A stretch of DNA of 32,000 nucleotides from Sulfolobus acidocaldarius DSM 639 (GTDB taxonomy: Archaea > Thermoproteota > Thermoprotei_A > Sulfolobales > Sulfolobaceae). Below the pieces are notes generated by a model. That model searched no databases and was not told the origin of the DNA. It saw only the letters and a program-made list of their open reading frames with translations. The stretch covers positions 1,230,001 through 1,262,000 of the forward strand of contig NC_007181.1 in assembly GCF_000012285.1 (NCBI RefSeq), written 5' to 3'. Shown here piece after piece: positions 27,537 through 32,000 of this stretch; position 1 is the stretch's first letter, and every line of letters begins with the position of its first letter. The translations under genes and the position numbers were made by a program.

Positions 27537-28478
27537 ATGAAAGACGTTTATGGTAGGGAATTAGAAGATTTAAGAATTACACTTACTCATGCTTGCAATT
27601 TCACTTGCTTCTTTTGCCATATGGAAGGAGAAAATGATGGTGATAGTCTGTTAAGTGCGGACCAAATTAGCCTAGTTGCCCAGATAGGAATGGAATTCGG
27701 AATAAGGACTGTGAAACTGACAGGCGGAGAACCTACATTAAGAAGAGATTTACCCGAAATAATATCTAAATTGAAAGAGGTCGGTATAAAAGAGGTCTCC
27801 ATGACCACTAATGGATATTTGTTAAAGGAATTGGCAGGTAAATTAAAGGACGCAGGGTTAGATAGAGTTAATATTAGTCTGCATTCTATAGATCCAGTTA
27901 TTTTTAAAGAGGTAACAGGAGTTAATGTTCTAAGTAAAGTTGTCGAAGGAATAGAAGAGGCTAAGAAAGTAGGGTTAAGACCATTAAAACTAAATTACGT
28001 TGTGACAAGAAAGAATGCTAAAGGTATATTTGAGTTTATTAATTTTGCAAGTAGCAGTAATATAGACGAAATTCACCTAATAGAGCTACATCCAGTAGGT
28101 TTAGGTAAAGAGGCTTTCTATACTCACGTTGATATGTCAGATATTGAAGGTCGCTTGAACGAGGATTGTACTTTGGTAGAGATCAGAAATAAACACAAGA
28201 GACCAAGATATAAATGTGGAAATCTTGTAGTTGAAGTTGTTAAACCTTACGCCAATCCTATATTTTGTAGTGGTTGTAACAGAATAAGGCTTACAGTAGA
28301 CGGAAAATTAAAAACATGCTTATACAGAGATGATAAGATTATAGATATTAGTGACATCATTAAAAGTAGTTACAGCACAGAAGAAAAGGAAGAGTTATTA
28401 AGGGAGGCATATAGATTAGCAATTCTAATAAGGGAGCCAAACTTTAGATTTAGGTATGAGACTTCAAAAACTGGATAG
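27537..28478 (+). CDS. moaA: GTP 3',8-cyclase MoaA (radical SAM, molybdopterin biosynthesis)
   Basis: It has the CNFTCFFCH radical-SAM cluster motif, [10 protein letters not shown], and the C-terminal second cluster [18 protein letters not shown]. Confidence 0.9.
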   Translation: MKDVYGRELEDLRITLTHACNFTCFFCHMEGENDGDSLLSADQISLVAQIGMEFGIRTVKLTGGEPTLRRDLPEIISKLKEVGIKEVSMTTNGYLLKELAGKLKDAGLDRVNISLHSIDPVIFKEVTGVNVLSKVVEGIEEAKKVGLRPLKLNYVVTRKNAKGIFEFINFASSSNIDEIHLIELHPVGLGKEAFYTHVDMSDIEGRLNEDCTLVEIRNKHKRPRYKCGNLVVEVVKPYANPIFCSGCNRIRLTVDGKLKTCLYRDDKIIDISDIIKSSYSTEEKEELLREAYRLAILIREPNFRFRYETSKTG

Positions 28479-29553
28479 AATTTTGGAGGAACGAGATGTA
28501 AAAAATGCTATTATTATTGGTGGCGCAAATATATTTTATTTAACTGGTTACGATTACATATCAACAGATTTTGCAAATGCCGTAGCCTTAATTTATAATG
28601 ATAGTGTTCCTATTCTTGTAGTTCCAGTTCTAGAGAAAAATAGAGCACAATCTAAGGTAGGAGATAAGATAGAAGTAGTTGCATACAGTTCTTATCAAGT
28701 TTCTGATGACGTAATTAGGGGTAGTTTAGTAGATATCATTTCAAAGTATATAGAGGCTAACAGAAGGATTGCGATAGACATGCTATATTCAGGTTCAATG
28801 TTTTATCTTTCCTTATCTAAGAAAATTAGTAGTGAAAATCTTGTAGATGTATCTAAAGATTTTTACATCATAAGAGCTAAGAAAGAGCCTGAAGAACTTG
28901 AACTTATAAAGAAAGCAGGAGACATTACGAGTTCGGCTATGAAAATCTCCTCTGAGAAAATTCATGAAGAATATGTTTCAGAGAAACAGTTAGCAGGATT
29001 AATAGATATGACAATGAGGAATGAAGGAGCTGAAGAATATGCATTCTCCTCTATTGTTGCTTTTGCCGAGAATTCCGCTTTTCCACATCATATTCCAACA
29101 GATAGAGTTATCAAGAATGGGGAAAATGCGGTAATAGATATTGGTGCAAGATACAATAATTATTGCTTTGATAGTACTAGAACTTTCGTTAAGAGTAACA
29201 ATGATGAGGTAAAGAAAGTCTATGAAATAGTCCTTCAAGCCCAAGAAGAAGCAATAGATGCAGTGCGAGATGGAACAAGAGCATCAGAAATTGATAGGAT
29301 AGCTAGAAATGTAATAGAGAAGGCGGGATATGGTAAATACTTCGTTCATTCAACTGGTCATGGTGTAGGAATAGAGATTCATGAGTATCCTTCCATTTCA
29401 TTGAGTTCTGATGCTATACTTGAAGAGGATATGGTAATTACAGTAGAGCCAGGTATTTACCTTAAAGGAAAGTTCGGAATTAGAATTGAAGATACAATAA
29501 TTGTCACAAAGAAGAAACCCATCGTACTTGAGACTATTTATAAGTATCTATAA
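28456..29553 (+). CDS. M24B family Xaa-Pro peptidase
   Basis: It has a pita-bread fold with metal ligands ([43 protein letters not shown]) and a creatinase-like N-domain. Confidence 0.85.
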   Translation: MRLQKLDRILEERDVKNAIIIGGANIFYLTGYDYISTDFANAVALIYNDSVPILVVPVLEKNRAQSKVGDKIEVVAYSSYQVSDDVIRGSLVDIISKYIEANRRIAIDMLYSGSMFYLSLSKKISSENLVDVSKDFYIIRAKKEPEELELIKKAGDITSSAMKISSEKIHEEYVSEKQLAGLIDMTMRNEGAEEYAFSSIVAFAENSAFPHHIPTDRVIKNGENAVIDIGARYNNYCFDSTRTFVKSNNDEVKKVYEIVLQAQEEAIDAVRDGTRASEIDRIARNVIEKAGYGKYFVHSTGHGVGIEIHEYPSISLSSDAILEEDMVITVEPGIYLKGKFGIRIEDTIIVTKKKPIVLETIYKYL

Positions 29554-29619
29554 AAAGACCAATCAAAATTTTTAGCATTAACATTTTAATAATGTCATCG
29601 CACAACTATATTACTTGGT

Positions 29620-30249
29620 ATGGAACAGGAAAGTTTAAATCAAGAAAGACTCGTTGAGGAAATTGCAAAGAGAGTTAAGGAGATTCTACAGCTTATTGGA
29701 GAAGATACTGAAAGAGAGGGACTTAAGGAAACACCAGAGAGAGTAGCAAAGGCTTTACTTGAAATGACGTCAGCTTTGAGATCTCCTCAACCCTATATAA
29801 AGGTATTTTCCTTAGCAGAAAATGAAAACTCCAGTGTAGAAGATCAAATAGTTCTAGTAAAGGACATTTCGTTCTCGTCATTATGTGAACATCATTTACT
29901 GCCAATAATAGGAAAGGTCCATGTTGCATATGTTGTTGGTAAGAGCGGAAAGGTAGCTGGCTTAAGTAAAATAATAAGGCTTGTAAATTATTATGCCTCA
30001 AGACCACAGATCCAGGAAAGACTAGTGGAACAAATTGCAGAAGCCATTATGAAGAGTGATATTCAACCGAAAGGAGTTATGGTAATTGGAGACGCATTGC
30101 ATATGTGCACTTATGTTAGAGGGGTAAAGGATAGGGAAGCTAGCTTAATATCATTATCCACTAGAGGAATATTCAGTACGAAGCCTTCCTTGAAGAGTCA
30201 GGTATTTAGGCTGATTAACACGTCTAAGAAGTCATCAACTTTTTTATGA
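29620..30249 (+). CDS. folE: GTP cyclohydrolase I (FolE type)
   Basis: [26 protein letters not shown] and HMC are FolE signatures. Confidence 0.85.
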   Translation: MEQESLNQERLVEEIAKRVKEILQLIGEDTEREGLKETPERVAKALLEMTSALRSPQPYIKVFSLAENENSSVEDQIVLVKDISFSSLCEHHLLPIIGKVHVAYVVGKSGKVAGLSKIIRLVNYYASRPQIQERLVEQIAEAIMKSDIQPKGVMVIGDALHMCTYVRGVKDREASLISLSTRGIFSTKPSLKSQVFRLINTSKKSSTFL

Positions 30250-30272
30250 GCTAGTGCGATATATAATTTGAA

Positions 30273-31175
30273 TTGAGTGATTCGAAAAATAAAATAATTA
30301 ATATCCTAAAAAATTACGGTGAGTTATCACAATCAGATTTAGTGAAACTTAGTCAAATGTCTAAGAGTAGAGTATCAGAGATATTATCAGAATTGGAGAA
30401 AGACGGTATAATTGAAAGAAGAAGACTAATAGGAAAGAACTTAGCAATTAGATTATCTTCTAGCAAATTTTTGAGTATTGGTATAATAAAGGCTGCTGAA
30501 TATCCTTTTGTGGTTCCTTTCGTAAGGTCTTTGAAAGATAAGGGATTCATTGTTGATGTGAAAATTTACAATAATGGTTTAGATCTAACCAGAGACTTAG
30601 CTACAGGAAAAATAGATATGGGTTTCTCGCCCTTGGTTACTCAATTAATATTTCAAAAAATTTTCAATGATTTTAAGATAATTGCAGGAGGAGCAAGGGG
30701 TGGAGGTGCAATAGTAGGAAATAGCCTGGACAGTTACATAGGCTCTACAGCATTATCTAGCATGGAATTATGGACAATGCTCTTTGACCCTCATCTAGAT
30801 ATTGTAGAGTATGAGAGTCCTGAACATTTAATTATGTCGTTAAATACCAAAAGAACTAATGCCATAAGTATATGGGAGCCCTATCCCACCATACTTACGA
30901 GAAATGGATATAAGATTCTTCATAGATTTGATGAGCATAATTGTTGTACATTAGCTGTTAATAGTAGGTTAGATTCAGAATTTTTACTGGAAATATACTA
31001 CGATAGTTTTCAGAAGTTTCTATCACAAAAGGATAGATGGATACAGGATTATTCAAACCTTGTTGGAATAGAGTATAATATTTTAAAAGAAGCTACAAAT
31101 AATTATATTTTTGATCCGATTATAGATTTAGAGTATATTAAAAAGAATCTTAGAAGAAATAATGTTTTGGTGTAG
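30273..31175 (+). CDS. transcriptional regulator: N-terminal winged helix fused to a periplasmic-binding-protein-like (NMT1/SsuA-like) domain
   Basis: TTG start. The N-terminus ILKNYGELSQSDLVKLSQMSKSRVSEILSELEKDGIIERR is a MarR/TrmB-like wHTH. The rest (LSIGIIKAAEYPFVVPF...GLDLTRDLATGKIDMGFSP) resembles type-2 solute-binding folds. Confidence 0.6.
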   Translation: MSDSKNKIINILKNYGELSQSDLVKLSQMSKSRVSEILSELEKDGIIERRRLIGKNLAIRLSSSKFLSIGIIKAAEYPFVVPFVRSLKDKGFIVDVKIYNNGLDLTRDLATGKIDMGFSPLVTQLIFQKIFNDFKIIAGGARGGGAIVGNSLDSYIGSTALSSMELWTMLFDPHLDIVEYESPEHLIMSLNTKRTNAISIWEPYPTILTRNGYKILHRFDEHNCCTLAVNSRLDSEFLLEIYYDSFQKFLSQKDRWIQDYSNLVGIEYNILKEATNNYIFDPIIDLEYIKKNLRRNNVLV

Positions 31176-31178
31176 TTT

Positions 31179-32000
31179 TTAAGAATCTAGATACTGATAT
31201 ATTTCCATAGGATGTGGATATAGTTGCATCATTTTTGCTTCTTCTTTCTTTAGGTCTAGATATGCTTGTAATATTGAAGAGTTGAATACTGGCTTCAGGA
31301 ATTCATTATCACTCTCTAACTCATTCAAAGCTTCATCTAATGATCCTGGTAATTCTCTTATTTTCAGGCTCCTTTTCTTCTCTTCACTCATATGATATAT
31401 GTTTTCGTCCACTGGATCACCTGGGTCTAGTTTTCTTCTGATTCCATCTAAACCTGCCATAAGTATTGCAGAGAATACAAGGTAGGGATTAGATGAAGGG
31501 TCAGGTGGTCTGTATTCTAACCTTTTAGCTTTTTCCATTCCCTTGTAATAGGCTGGAATTCTTATTGCAGCACTTCTGTTAGATTTACTCCAAACCAAGT
31601 ATACAGGGGCTTCATACCCTGGCACTAAACGTCTATAACTATTAGTGGTTGGTGCGACTATTGCGCTTAATGCTCTGCCATGTTCTAAGAGACCGCCTAT
31701 AATGTATCTACCTATTTGGCTTAATTCTGCATATTCATCATTAGGATCATACATTAGATTTTTCCCATCTTTTGTCCACAAACTAAAGTGAGTATGCATA
31801 CCACTACCGTTGTCTCCGAAGAATGGTTTTGGCATAAATGTCGCTATCATACCACGTTTACTTGCAATGTTCTTTGTTACATATTTAAGAACCTGTACTT
31901 TATCTGCAGTATCAGCTAATGTGGAGAATCTGAAATCTATCTCACCTTGACCTGCTGTTGCTACTTCATGATGAGCTGCTTCTATTGTAAACCCAAAGTA
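31179..32000 (-). CDS. glnA: glutamine synthetase type I, 3' part; N-terminus lies beyond the window end
   Basis: [34 protein letters not shown] and RSAAIRIP are GS signatures. The frame stays open on the minus strand from 31850 to the window edge. Confidence 0.9.
   Translation of the reverse strand, partial: YFGFTIEAAHHEVATAGQGEIDFRFSTLADTADKVQVLKYVTKNIASKRGMIATFMPKPFFGDNGSGMHTHFSLWTKDGKNLMYDPNDEYAELSQIGRYIIGGLLEHGRALSAIVAPTTNSYRRLVPGYEAPVYLVWSKSNRSAAIRIPAYYKGMEKAKRLEYRPPDPSSNPYLVFSAILMAGLDGIRRKLDPGDPVDENIYHMSEEKKRSLKIRELPGSLDEALNELESDNEFLKPVFNSSILQAYLDLKKEEAKMMQLYPHPMEIYQYLDS

Overview
AT-rich crenarchaeal chromosome segment. Gene content and several protein sequences (TreZ, stalk protein L12/P1, FtsY, LX) match my memory of Sulfolobales, most like Sulfolobus acidocaldarius; I could not run a search to confirm this. 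There are three parts. (1) 1-1354 is the 5' part of treZ on the minus strand. (2) About 1.5-10.5 kb is an accessory region: an ~8.7-kb integrated element inserted into tRNA-Gln(UUG). It is bounded by a perfect 51-bp direct repeat (1709-1759 and 10394-10444) and has an SSV-type partitioned integrase, with Int(C) at the left end and a decayed Int(N) at the right end. A second, divergent Int(N) fragment lies outside the left att copy. Cargo comprises two unknown ORFs, a decayed ~0.8-kb IS with 17-bp terminal inverted repeats, a truncated and frameshifted N-glycoprotein-like gene, a GC-rich candidate small RNA, an iteron-like GGGAA/TTCCC array, an overlapping AbrB/SpoVT plus AAA-ATPase/PD-(D/E)xK gene pair, and a 381-aa ORF bracketed by repeat modules. 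(3) 10.4-32 kb is conserved housekeeping DNA. It holds tRNA-Gln, an intron-containing tRNA-Arg(CCU), alaS, the L12-P0-L1-L11-Spt5-SecE cluster, and the FtsY-PfdA-LX-aIF6-L31e-L39e-PDCD5-like-S19e cluster. These are followed by NAPRTase, an AbrB-PhoU regulator, a DsrE/TusA/cysteine-synthase-like trio, an atypical kinase, moaA, an M24 peptidase, folE, a wHTH plus binding-protein-like regulator, and the 3' part of glnA. The best candidate for an undescribed system is the AbrB plus ATPase-nuclease module and its neighbouring repeat-bracketed ORF on the integrated element. There is no CRISPR array and no rRNA. All functions are inferred from motifs read by eye and from recalled family knowledge.
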